This document shows positions 18,870 to 28,481 of a stretch of DNA of 64,000 bases, in pieces. Source of the stretch: a virus (taxonomy: Duplodnaviria > Caudoviricetes); the IMG/VR virus record IMGVR_UViG_3300037067_004891, positions 288,001-352,000 of that record, one strand, 5' to 3'. The notes under the pieces were generated by a model, which saw nothing but the letters and a program-made list of their open reading frames with translations, was not told the DNA's origin and did no database searches. Each line of letters begins with the position of its first letter. The first letter of the stretch is position 1. Position numbers and translations under genes: made by a program.

Positions 18870-21305
18870 ATGAATATAAAAAATATTAATTATGAAACAT
18901 TGTTTTATGATTTATTAAAAATTGTAAAAACAGATGATGTTGAAAAATATTTAAGTGCTAATGGTCTCCTAAACAGAGATTTATGGAAAAATATTAATGG
19001 TGTTGTAAACACAGATGGTATAATTAATAATAATAATGCTGATTGTGTACCAGCGTTAACAGAAAAATTAACAAATTCGGTAGATGCTATTATAGAAAGA
19101 GAAGTTGAATTATCAACAAATCCTATTTATCCAGACAAATATGAGAAAGTTATTAATGATTATTGTAGTCATATAAAAGTTGAAAACACTTTTAATAAAC
19201 ACCTACATACATTTAAAAATTTACCCAATATGTATATTGTTTCAAGAGATGGTACTATTATACCAACTTTAGATATAATAGATCGAGGTGTTGGACAAGA
19301 TATAACAACATTCGAAAAAACTTTTTTAACAATGACCAACTCAAATAAAATTACAAAATTTTGTTTGAATGGTGCATATAATACTGGTTCTTTTAGTATT
19401 GTTAGGCATTTGAAAAAACCTAATTATCAACTAATTATAAGTAAAAAACCAGCATCTTTAATCGAGAAAAATTGTAATAAATATATATGGAGTTTCACAA
19501 TTCTTCGAATATTTGAACCAAAAAAGGGAGATAAATTAAATGAATTTAAATTTTTATGTCCAAATAGTATAATTCCACATTTTGAATCTAAAGCAGGTAT
19601 AAAAGTTATTCCTATACGTGGTGATAAAAAAATTAGAGATCATCTCGAATATGGTACTCTTATTCAGTTGTATGAATGTGATACAAAAGGATTTAATTCT
19701 TTAATAACATCTGATTTAAGATATCGTTTAGATTGGTATTATCCAAATATACCTTTTCCAGTTTCGATGATAGAAGAAAGAGAAAAATATCATAATTCAA
19801 ATGCTGAACGAAGTAAATTAAATGGTGCGAAATTTGAATTTGATCAAAGTATAAAACTTAACGGGGAAGAGGTATTATATGATGTGAGTAACGTTGCAAA
19901 AGTGGGTAAATATAAAATACCATATCATATATATATCGAAAACATTATAACTACAAGAGGTGGTGGTAAAGAAAGAAATAAAAAAAATCAAGATCGAAAA
20001 AAGCGTGGAGATATAAGTTATTTCTTTACTGTAAACGGGCAAACACAAGCTACAAAAACTAATAATAGAATAAAAAAGATTTATAGTTATATTTTGAAGA
20101 ATATTGTCGTTTTTGTGGATTATTCGAGCATTGAACCACATGAACTTGGGGGTCATATTAAAACAGACCGTTCTGGTTTAAATTCGAATTCAAATATTAA
20201 TGAAAAGATTTTTGAGATAATTGATGACGAATTACGTAATAATCCTAATATTGTTGCAATAGAAGAAGACATTAGAAAATCGAAGTTAAATTCTTCTGAT
20301 GATTATGATCAAAATAAAGCTAAAGAAAAGGCATTAGATTTTGTCTGTAAATATTTAAAATTAAAAGAAACACCCATTGCAACTGATTATAATGGTATCA
20401 CATCAGAACATTATTCTGGTAAACAAAAAGGAATATTACCTAAAAATCATAATGGTAAAGATCATGACAATACTGTCAAAACAACACCTGTAATAACCAA
20501 TTATTCAACTATTGATGATTTTATATTGAAGTATTCAAACTATAATTTTAATAGTCCAAAAACTGGATATAAAGATGATACCAACAAAATTAAGTTATAT
20601 TCAGATGTAAGTGTTGATGTGAAAATTAAAGTAGACAACAAATTTATACAAAATGTTATTAATTCAGATTTTCCAGGTAATGCTACTATTTACATCAAAC
20701 ACTCAAGTGAAAATGGTTTTAGAGTTAATAAAAATTCCGAAGTGAATATTAAATTTTTTATTGATGCTGGTGTTAATGTTATAGAAAAAGAAGTTACTTA
20801 TAATGTAATGGTGTTCGAAAAAAGAGAAGAATCTAATAAACCTCAAATGGCTCGTAATAATTTTGGAAAAATTAATGATAAAATTAATGTAGTATTTCAA
20901 ACATATGATGTTCTTTCATCAGGTGTTCTCACAAATTCATTTAAATTTTCAAACGATGTGGTAGCTCTACCATTAATATCAGGTGAAAATAGTATCGATA
21001 TATATTTTAATCTAAGTAATCCGAAATTTGTTCGTGTTTTGGATGCTGGCGTTTTAATTGGAGAAAATGAACAAGAAAAAATAAAAGGTACAATAGACCT
21101 TGCTTTAAGAATTGAAACATTAAAACTTTATGATATTTATCATAGATTGAATGTTAATGATGAAAATGAGTCTAAAATTGAATATACTAATGATATTATA
21201 TCATTAGAAAGTATTATGAAAGATACTACATTAGAAAAACAACTGTTTAATCATTTTTATATTTTACAAGATAGTTTAATAAAATTATACAAAGATGAAT
21301 ATTAA
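18870..21305 (+). CDS. GHKL (MORC/Hsp90-like) ATPase-domain protein
   Basis: EKLTNSVDA, DRGVG and G.YNTG Bergerat-fold motifs; TATTTTTG box at 18816. Confidence 0.7.
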   Translation: MNIKNINYETLFYDLLKIVKTDDVEKYLSANGLLNRDLWKNINGVVNTDGIINNNNADCVPALTEKLTNSVDAIIEREVELSTNPIYPDKYEKVINDYCSHIKVENTFNKHLHTFKNLPNMYIVSRDGTIIPTLDIIDRGVGQDITTFEKTFLTMTNSNKITKFCLNGAYNTGSFSIVRHLKKPNYQLIISKKPASLIEKNCNKYIWSFTILRIFEPKKGDKLNEFKFLCPNSIIPHFESKAGIKVIPIRGDKKIRDHLEYGTLIQLYECDTKGFNSLITSDLRYRLDWYYPNIPFPVSMIEEREKYHNSNAERSKLNGAKFEFDQSIKLNGEEVLYDVSNVAKVGKYKIPYHIYIENIITTRGGGKERNKKNQDRKKRGDISYFFTVNGQTQATKTNNRIKKIYSYILKNIVVFVDYSSIEPHELGGHIKTDRSGLNSNSNINEKIFEIIDDELRNNPNIVAIEEDIRKSKLNSSDDYDQNKAKEKALDFVCKYLKLKETPIATDYNGITSEHYSGKQKGILPKNHNGKDHDNTVKTTPVITNYSTIDDFILKYSNYNFNSPKTGYKDDTNKIKLYSDVSVDVKIKVDNKFIQNVINSDFPGNATIYIKHSSENGFRVNKNSEVNIKFFIDAGVNVIEKEVTYNVMVFEKREESNKPQMARNNFGKINDKINVVFQTYDVLSSGVLTNSFKFSNDVVALPLISGENSIDIYFNLSNPKFVRVLDAGVLIGENEQEKIKGTIDLALRIETLKLYDIYHRLNVNDENESKIEYTNDIISLESIMKDTTLEKQLFNHFYILQDSLIKLYKDEY

Positions 21306-21600
21306 TGTCAACTACCCCTTGGTTAAAGACCAAGGGGCTTGAACCGTGAGGGTTAAGAGTAATTAGTTGATTAGGTGGCTTTTAAAAATTAAAATTAATT
21401 AATTTTAAGTGCAGAAGTTTAAAGGAAAGTTAAAGAACATACCAAGAAATGCTTCACAAGTTTCTTGCTCTATAAGTTCACAGTTAAACAAAGAAGAAAT
21501 TCTTAGTGCTGTGAGTGGGTGCAAAGCCTTCGGCTTTGACACCAGACTGACTTTAAACAACACCGAAGTGAATGAACGTCAAACAAAGAACAGACAGGTC
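21290..21600 (+). ncRNA. IscB omega RNA (approximate bounds; 5' guide from the upstream flank)
   Basis: Structured, GC-richer region starting GTCAACTACCCC immediately upstream of the PLMP domain. Confidence 0.75.
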
Positions 21601-22851
21601 TTACCGACATATGTGTTCGTTTTAAGTTTAGAAGGTCAAATTTTAATGCCTACTAAAGCCTCAAGAGCAAGAAGATTCATTAAAAATGGTAAAGCTGTTA
21701 TTATTAAAAAATATCCTTTCACAGTCCAGTTGACTGTTGAGTGTGATTCTCACACTCAACCTATCTCACTGGGAATCGATACTGGTTATGGTTTTATAGG
21801 ATTTTCAGCTACAACAAAAACAAAAGAATTATTATGTGGGACACTTAAACTGGATGGAAAAACAAAAGAAAGATTAGATGAAAAAAGAATGTACAGACGA
21901 CTTCGAAGAAGTCGTCACCACTGGTATAGAGAACCAAGGTTTGATAACAGAAAAAGAAAAAATGCTTGGTTACCACCGAGTGTTGAAAGAAGATATCAGA
22001 CACATTTAAATTTAATTCAAAGAATTAAATGTTTATTACCTATAACAGATGTAGTTATAGAGACAGCTAAATTTGATATACAAAAAATTGATAGACCAGA
22101 GATAAAAGGAATTAATTATCAACAAGGTAACAGGTATGATTATCAAAACGTTAGAGCATATTTAATGGTAAGAGAAAAAGGTTGCTGTCAATTTTGTTCT
22201 AAAGATTTTAAAGGACAACCAGCTCATTTACATCATATTAAACCACGTTCTAAAAGAGGTTCTGATAAGACATCAAATTTAGCACTATTACATGAAAAAT
22301 GTCATAACATTTTACATGAGAAACATTTAGAGGATAGTTTAAAATCAAATTCTAAAAATTATAAACCGAATACTTTTATGTCAATCATAAACAAAAGATT
22401 TTATGTTGACGTACCAGAGGTGAAAGTGACCTTCGGTCACGTCACCTTTGTGAACAGAAACGCTTTAAATATTGAGAAAAGTCATTTCAACGATGCTTTT
22501 GTTATTTCGGGTGGTAGTAAACAAATGAGATCAAAACCTGTTAACATTATACAAAAACATAGAAATAATAGAGTTATACAACTGAATAGGAAGGGCTTGC
22601 GCCCTTCCATCAGAAAGGAAAGATACAAAATTCAACTTCTTGATTTATTTTGGGTTGGTAAGAAAAAATATATTTCTAAAGGTGTTATGAACAAAGGTTT
22701 GTACGTTACTTTTGAAACAAAGGAAAAGAAGAATTATATTAAAACAGAAAATGTAAATAAAATATACAATTTTGGTAGCTTTGTTTGGTGTTGAAAATCT
22801 GTGAAATTCATCCACGAAGCTAAAGACTTCGTGGTTTTCTTTCACAAAAAT
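21308..22851 (+). mobile_element. IscB-encoding IS200/IS605-family element (no tnpA)
   Basis: End hairpin TCAACTACCCCTTGG-TTAAAGA-CCAAGGGG. The other end (22801-22851) is near-identical to the TnpB element left end and is followed by ATAAA. Confidence 0.9.
21409..22794 (+). CDS. iscB: IscB RNA-guided endonuclease (true start probably the GTG at 21568 or 21613)
   Basis: PLMP-like ILMPT, RuvC GIDTG / IE / HFNDA, RRLRR bridge helix and HNH (HHIKPRS..GSD..SNL..H). Confidence 0.95.
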   Translation: MQKFKGKLKNIPRNASQVSCSISSQLNKEEILSAVSGCKAFGFDTRLTLNNTEVNERQTKNRQVLPTYVFVLSLEGQILMPTKASRARRFIKNGKAVIIKKYPFTVQLTVECDSHTQPISLGIDTGYGFIGFSATTKTKELLCGTLKLDGKTKERLDEKRMYRRLRRSRHHWYREPRFDNRKRKNAWLPPSVERRYQTHLNLIQRIKCLLPITDVVIETAKFDIQKIDRPEIKGINYQQGNRYDYQNVRAYLMVREKGCCQFCSKDFKGQPAHLHHIKPRSKRGSDKTSNLALLHEKCHNILHEKHLEDSLKSNSKNYKPNTFMSIINKRFYVDVPEVKVTFGHVTFVNRNALNIEKSHFNDAFVISGGSKQMRSKPVNIIQKHRNNRVIQLNRKGLRPSIRKERYKIQLLDLFWVGKKKYISKGVMNKGLYVTFETKEKKNYIKTENVNKIYNFGSFVWC

Positions 22852-22898
22852 ATAAAAATGTGTAATTTTTTTCATAACAAATTTATATTAGGATGAAT

Positions 22899-22923
22899 AA
22901 AAACCCGAAATTTTCGGGTTTTT
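22899..22923. terminator. Bidirectional intrinsic terminator
   Basis: AAAAACCCGAAA-T-TTTCGGGTTTTT. Confidence 0.75.
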
Positions 22924-23152
22924 ATTTTCCAAAGTTTTGATGTTTTAAATCGTTAATTATTTTAAAAATCTTATTCATATCTATACATCTTTCTGTAAAA
23001 TTTAAGTCTTTTATTTCTTCATGTGTTTTTCGTATATAATTGATAATAACCTTATCTAAATAATTTAATTTCAACAGATTCATATCATTATTATATGAAT
23101 ATCTATCAAATATATATTTGATATCTTTTGATATTTTATCGATGTCTAACAT
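22922..23152 (-). CDS. Hypothetical protein
   Basis: 76-aa ORF. Confidence 0.45.
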   Translation of the reverse strand: MLDIDKISKDIKYIFDRYSYNNDMNLLKLNYLDKVIINYIRKTHEEIKDLNFTERCIDMNKIFKIINDLKHQNFGK

Positions 23153-23521
23153 AGTTATTTAGTGTGTTTTTATTTAAAATTAATCTCCTTTTTTTTTTTG
23201 AATATGTTGATACATTTTCAAAGGTGTATATGAATATTCATTTTTGTATCTTTATATAGTTTAATTGGATTTATAGATTTTATATCAATACCTAATATTT
23301 ACCCAATCATCGATATCATTTCTGAATTTTAATGTTATATTTTTTTCTTTATATTTTATATTTTTTATTATATATTAATTGTATGCGGTCATGATAAACG
23401 TAACTTTTTTATTGCGTAAAACGTAAAATCTACGATTCAAATATAATTTGGATATTTCTTTGAATATTTTTAATTATTTTGAATATTTTTTGTAGGATTT
23501 TTTTTATAATAATAAAGGTTT

Positions 23522-23529
23522 TATATTTG
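23522..23529 (+). promoter_or_regulatory. Bacteroidota-type -7 promoter box TAnnTTTG (representative copy)
   Basis: TATATTTG 37 nt upstream of the lipoprotein; similar boxes at 18816, 31590, 51200 (+) and 57336 (-). Confidence 0.5.
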
Positions 23530-23565
23530 TCACGTACAATAATTACAAACTAAAAATATACAATT

Positions 23566-25005
23566 ATGAAAACAATGAAAAATTTAATCTTAGCTTTAAC
23601 CCTGATAACAGGGATGATTTTTTTTACAAGTTGTGAAAAAGATGATGATTTCAATCCAATTGATCAGATTGAAAATCCTATTGATACTGTTAATAACCCT
23701 ATTGATACTGTTAATAACCCTATTGATACTATCAATAACCCTATTGATACCGTTAACAATCCTGTTGGTTATGTTCGCACATATGTTCACGAATTTGATT
23801 TTGTTGACATCAGCAAACTTCAGATTTTCAAACAAACCGATGGTACAGTTGACTCAATTTTTAAATTCAATGATGTTGATACAACTTTCATTACTCCTGA
23901 GTTCGGTAAAATAACTGCAAAAGATGGTAGCAAAACTACAACCTTCTCCACTATCGAATCAATCGAAAACGTGGGTGACTATATGAAGATTACTGCCGAT
24001 TTCGCAACTGGTCTTAAATCAGCAGGTGCAATGTCAACTGTTATGGTTGAAAAAGAAACTGGAGAAATTTCAACTGTTGCCGAAACTCCTGTTACCGATG
24101 GTGAATATGTAGTGATACCTAATAACGATTGGACTTGGGTTAATAATGCTGGTATATCTGTTACATTTACTGATAACGCTACTACTAAAACTGGTTCGGT
24201 TATTAATATTAATACTGCTGAATTTATTAATTTGATAACTGCTAATATTGCCGATTTTTATAATACAACTGGTTATGGTGTATCTGAACCTTTTCAGTTT
24301 GCATGTTCAAAAACTGTTAAAGATGCAAATGGTAATGTTTATGGTTATGTTACCTTTTCTCCGAATTCAACCGATGCATCAAATTTTGTAACTGTTGTTC
24401 AACTTATGACTGGTTCATCATTAACATTAAATTATGTAAAGACAAGTAATAAAGCAGAAATTCATTATGTTAATTCTTTTACTCTTATCGTAAATGATAA
24501 TTTAGACTTAGTGACTTATGGTTACACACCTGATATGCGTTCTTTAGTAAAAGGTAACAAAATTATATCGCAGATTAATACAGGAACACTTGATAGTTAT
24601 ACTTGGATGAAAGGTTATATGTATGCTCCTTCTTTTACAATATATGATAAAAATAACAATACATTAAACGCTTTTGCTAATCCATCTAATGTAAGCGGTG
24701 ATGGTTATAACAATCAAAAACTTACTTCTAAGATGATTTTATTCGGTGACTATATTTATTATGTAACTGAAGAAAGTGGTTCTAATTATGTAACTAAGAT
24801 TCAGATTAGCACAATCAATACAACAAGTCAATTCAATGTTGAAAAATTAGGAACAAAAACAATCAACTCTGCAATCGAATCAGTATTTACAACAGAAAAT
24901 GGTTACTTCATCTTAACAAGTGGTACAACTAACTACTTTATTTATGAAGATGGTCATATGGAAACTAAAACTGCCACTGATGCAGGTGATGTGATTGAGT
25001 TCTAA
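23566..25005 (+). CDS. Bacteroidota-type surface lipoprotein with NPIDTVN repeats
   Basis: Signal peptide II ending FTSC, followed by EKDDD (LES-like); Thr/Asn-rich beta-type body. Confidence 0.8.
   Translation: MKTMKNLILALTLITGMIFFTSCEKDDDFNPIDQIENPIDTVNNPIDTVNNPIDTINNPIDTVNNPVGYVRTYVHEFDFVDISKLQIFKQTDGTVDSIFKFNDVDTTFITPEFGKITAKDGSKTTTFSTIESIENVGDYMKITADFATGLKSAGAMSTVMVEKETGEISTVAETPVTDGEYVVIPNNDWTWVNNAGISVTFTDNATTKTGSVININTAEFINLITANIADFYNTTGYGVSEPFQFACSKTVKDANGNVYGYVTFSPNSTDASNFVTVVQLMTGSSLTLNYVKTSNKAEIHYVNSFTLIVNDNLDLVTYGYTPDMRSLVKGNKIISQINTGTLDSYTWMKGYMYAPSFTIYDKNNNTLNAFANPSNVSGDGYNNQKLTSKMILFGDYIYYVTEESGSNYVTKIQISTINTTSQFNVEKLGTKTINSAIESVFTTENGYFILTSGTTNYFIYEDGHMETKTATDAGDVIEF
23653..23766 (+). 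repeat. 21-bp in-frame tandem repeat, ~5.4 copies
   Basis: AAYCCTATTGATACTGTTAAT units. Confidence 0.9.
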
Positions 25006-25023
25006 AAGAAATTGAATTATAAG

Positions 25024-25054
25024 AAAAAACCCATCAATTTTTGGTGGGTTTTTT
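25024..25054 (+). terminator. Intrinsic terminator
   Basis: AAAAAACCCATCAA-TTT-TTGGTGGGTTTTTT. Confidence 0.75.
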
Positions 25055-25083
25055 ATAATATATAACAACAAAAAATATCTGAA

Positions 25084-25479
25084 ATGAAAAAACATATACT
25101 TAAAATAAACGAGTTTAAAGAACACACTGACCAACATTTGACTGAACAGGAATTACTTGAAATGTCAAATTATCGTGGTGAGAATTTTGGTATAGAAGGT
25201 AATGTTGTTTTATGGATTGGTTCTGTTTTATCATCACAACATCCAGATGGTAATAGAATAAAAGTGAGTAATTTACCAAATAAGGGAACAAGGGATACTT
25301 TTACTATCACTATACCTAAATTAGAAGTAATCGGGAAAGTAAACACAAAACACATTACTACTAAAAAATTGAACAATATTTTTGAATTCATTAAATTAAA
25401 CATGGATTTGATTATCGCTTTTTGTCAAGAAGATATTGACGGTTATGATTTTGCTCAAAACGTTAAAAAATTAGAGTAA
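25084..25479 (+). CDS. Hypothetical phage protein with a CTS-like N-terminus
   Basis: MKKHILKINEF; EMSN...LWI...H..RIKV pattern. Confidence 0.7.
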   Translation: MKKHILKINEFKEHTDQHLTEQELLEMSNYRGENFGIEGNVVLWIGSVLSSQHPDGNRIKVSNLPNKGTRDTFTITIPKLEVIGKVNTKHITTKKLNNIFEFIKLNMDLIIAFCQEDIDGYDFAQNVKKLE

Positions 25480-25490
25480 AGCGGTAATAT

Positions 25491-25566
25491 TAACTACTTT
25501 ATTTATGAAGATGGTCACATGACAACCGAAACTGCTGTTGAAGCTGGTGATGTTATCAACTTCTAA
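25491..25566 (+). pseudogene. Diverged duplicate of the last 76 bp of the lipoprotein gene
   Basis: Gap-free alignment to 24930-25005: NYFIYEDGHMTTETAVEAGDVINF* versus NYFIYEDGHMETKTATDAGDVIEF*. Confidence 0.85.
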
Positions 25567-25587
25567 AAAGAATATTATAAGAATGTG

Positions 25588-25615
25588 AAAGGCTGTTCGA
25601 ATGGACAGCTTTTTT
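25588..25615 (+). terminator. Intrinsic terminator
   Basis: AAAGGCTGTTC-GAAT-GGACAGCTTTTTT. Confidence 0.7.
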
Positions 25616-25618
25616 GTT

Positions 25619-26023
25619 TTATATTAATCCCAGATTACCATAGTGTGCTTTCAATAATGATTTAATATAGGGTTTGAAATACTTTAAACCATTATTCACT
25701 TCCACTAAAACATAAGACAACATATCAATATCATTGCATTTTATATCTTCAATAAAAATATCAAAGTCATCTAAATTGTTGAATTTTAACAATAACGAGA
25801 AGCTATAACCATTTATAAAAGATAACCCAATTCTGACATTAATTAGTATGGAATTATCATACGTTTTATCAATAATAAAACATTTGGGTTTGTAAATATT
25901 GCCTATTCGTGATATTACATAGTTGTTAAATTGTTCTTCGATTAAAATGTGTAAATTATTCATTTTACATGGTTTGGTAAGTGAATATAGTTTTTTAATT
26001 AATAAAAAAATTATTTTTTTCAT
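25619..26023 (-). CDS. Hypothetical protein
   Basis: 134-aa ORF. Confidence 0.55.
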   Translation of the reverse strand: MKKIIFLLIKKLYSLTKPCKMNNLHILIEEQFNNYVISRIGNIYKPKCFIIDKTYDNSILINVRIGLSFINGYSFSLLLKFNNLDDFDIFIEDIKCNDIDMLSYVLVEVNNGLKYFKPYIKSLLKAHYGNLGLI

Positions 26024-26223
26024 GACAAGAATATTTTTTCTTGTATATATTATATCCAGTTAGATCATCTGAATATTATTCAATAATAAAAACAGAAGAT
26101 TATTGTTTATATTATCAATCAAAAAAGCCATCCCGAAAGTCGGAATGACTTTAATGTTTTTAACGGCACTTTATATTTTAAGTGTCTTAAAATTGAATCT
26201 CCTTTGTTTTAATATATAATAAT

Positions 26224-27153
26224 ATGAAACTTAAAAATTATAATATTTTTTTAATTGAGGGGCGAGGTATATCTGATATAATTAAAAAATATTCTAAAAT
26301 AATAATTTCCTCTTTTAAAAAAGGTAATTTACAAAATCAATACGATTTTGATTATGAACCGTTGCCGTTATTAGATTTAAAAGTGATGTTTAAAGAATCA
26401 AACAAGTATTACGGATTATTTGATCCTACTTTTTCAAATTTGTTAAATGATAAATTATATAATATTATAATATCTATTAATTTTGTTAAAAATAATATTG
26501 ATTTAATTAAATTAGAAGGTATTATAGTTCACGAGCTAACTCACGTTAAAGAATATTTTGAAATAGAAAAGAAAAACATAACTTTAAAAGTGAAAATATT
26601 CCCAACTCACTTAGATATAAAATTTATAAACAAATCGGAAATAGCAGTTTATACATCATTTAATGAATTCTATAATTTATTATATCTATCATTAGATGAT
26701 GAAATAAATGCGAGAACAGCACAGATATACCCTTATTTATATTCATTGAAAATAAAAGATGAAAATGTTTTATTTGATAAGATAAAAGATACTGATAATT
26801 GGAAATATATCCAACTGTTAAAAAAATTTAATTATGACAAATTTATTCAGGATAATATTGATTCTATCGGGTTGAAAAGTTTTATAAAAATAACAAACGA
26901 AATAATAGAAAAATTTAGAGATAAAGATTTAAATAGAAAAACGAAATTGTTATATTTCTTAGAACCAGTGAATAACTTAATAGAATTAAATAAATTATAT
27001 AAAAATTGGTTTAAATATTTTTATAAAAAAGGCGATTCTTGTATTGAAAAATATAAATATTTAATCAAAGAAGTTATAGAAGATTTAAACGGTAATAGAC
27101 CTTGGAATGAAAATTATCGATGCGATGACCAAGATGTATATTTAAATATCTAA
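26224..27153 (+). CDS. Zincin-like (HExxH) protein with a CTS-like N-terminus
   Basis: HELTH and a downstream DEINA; starts MKLKNYNIFLIE. Confidence 0.65.
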   Translation: MKLKNYNIFLIEGRGISDIIKKYSKIIISSFKKGNLQNQYDFDYEPLPLLDLKVMFKESNKYYGLFDPTFSNLLNDKLYNIIISINFVKNNIDLIKLEGIIVHELTHVKEYFEIEKKNITLKVKIFPTHLDIKFINKSEIAVYTSFNEFYNLLYLSLDDEINARTAQIYPYLYSLKIKDENVLFDKIKDTDNWKYIQLLKKFNYDKFIQDNIDSIGLKSFIKITNEIIEKFRDKDLNRKTKLLYFLEPVNNLIELNKLYKNWFKYFYKKGDSCIEKYKYLIKEVIEDLNGNRPWNENYRCDDQDVYLNI

Positions 27154-28390
27154 CTTGTTTTTCTTTTTGCTCGTTTTGGTATGTGTGAACATATTTCATC
27201 GAGCCAATTATGTTTTAATGCAGAATTATAAGCACCATTAAATATTTTTTCTATTTCTTTTCTGGATTTACATTTTAATGCTGCTTCTTGATATTTTTCT
27301 TTTGTCCAATATCTATTTGGTTTTTGTATTGAATCATATGAGAACATATTTCATTAAGCCACTGAAAATCACATGATTTTTTATAAGCAGTGCCAAATTT
27401 TCGATTAAATTCTTTTCTGGATTTACATTTTAAAGCTACTTCTTGACATTTTTCTTTTGTCCAATAATATTTTGGTTTTTGTGTTGGTAACATATGAGAA
27501 CATATTTCATCTAACCAGTTATTTTTTAAAGAACTACCATATGACCCACTATATTTTCTTATAAAATCTGTTTTTGATTTACATTTTAATGCAGCTTTTT
27601 TACAAGATTCTTTATTCCATTTCATATAACCACCTAATGCTCCAGCTTTGGCTTTATTTAATAAATTCCAATTGTTGTTTTTATATAAATTAATATAATA
27701 TTCTTCTTCAATTTGTGCATTTTTCACATCTAATAACTCAGTTAAAATTATATTTTTTGGTATCAAATTTGTTTTTATTATATGTTTTAAAACAGGGCTT
27801 TTTTTATTGTTTAAATGATATTTTTTTCTTTTTTCTATATTACAAGTTAAACCGATATACATTGATTTATCTTCAAATTCCCATGCATAAATAAATCTTT
27901 TATATATATTTCCTAATAATATCATATGAGAACATATATCATCTAACCACTTATTTTTTCGACTAACGGTATAAGCTGTTTTATATTTTGTACCAAATTC
28001 TTTTCTGGATTTACATTTTAATGCTGCTTCTTTACATCTTTCTAAAGTCCAATACCCCTTTGGTTTATGAATAAAAAACATATGCTTACAATATTCATCA
28101 AGAAGACCATTAATTCTGATAATATTATAAACTTTATTATATTCTTTTTGTAATTCAAATCTGTTTTTATAATTTGATGCGATTTCTTTACATCTTTCTA
28201 AAGTCCAATACCCCTTTGGTTTGTTAATATAATCTAAATGCGAACACAATTCATTAATCCATCTCTTTGAAACAATTTTATTATAAACAACTTTATATTT
28301 TTTATTTAATTCTTTTCTGGATTTACATAGTGATGCAACTTCTTTACATTTATCATATGTCCAATATCCATTTGGTTTTCTTTCTTTCAC
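27150..28390 (-). CDS. GIY-YIG-like endonuclease with YWTKE.C repeats; last repeat (27150-27347) frameshifted
   Basis: FIYAWEF...MYIGLT core and ~51-aa repeats; a 1-nt deletion near 27330 separates the final repeat. Confidence 0.7.
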
Positions 28391-28481
28391 AAAAATAATT
28401 TTTATTTTTAATATATACCTATAATTTTATTATATATATCTAAACACAAATATAGTGATTTAAAAATTATAAATTTATAAT

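Noticed and set aside
21409-21567. N-terminal ~53 aa of the IscB ORF as real protein
   Set aside because: It overlaps the omega-RNA scaffold, and the PLMP domain starts downstream.
23653-23766. CRISPR array
   Set aside because: Contiguous in-frame 21-bp coding repeats with no spacers.
24930-25566. DGR template/variable repeat pair
   Set aside because: Differences are not confined to adenines, many are synonymous, and no reverse transcriptase is present in the window.
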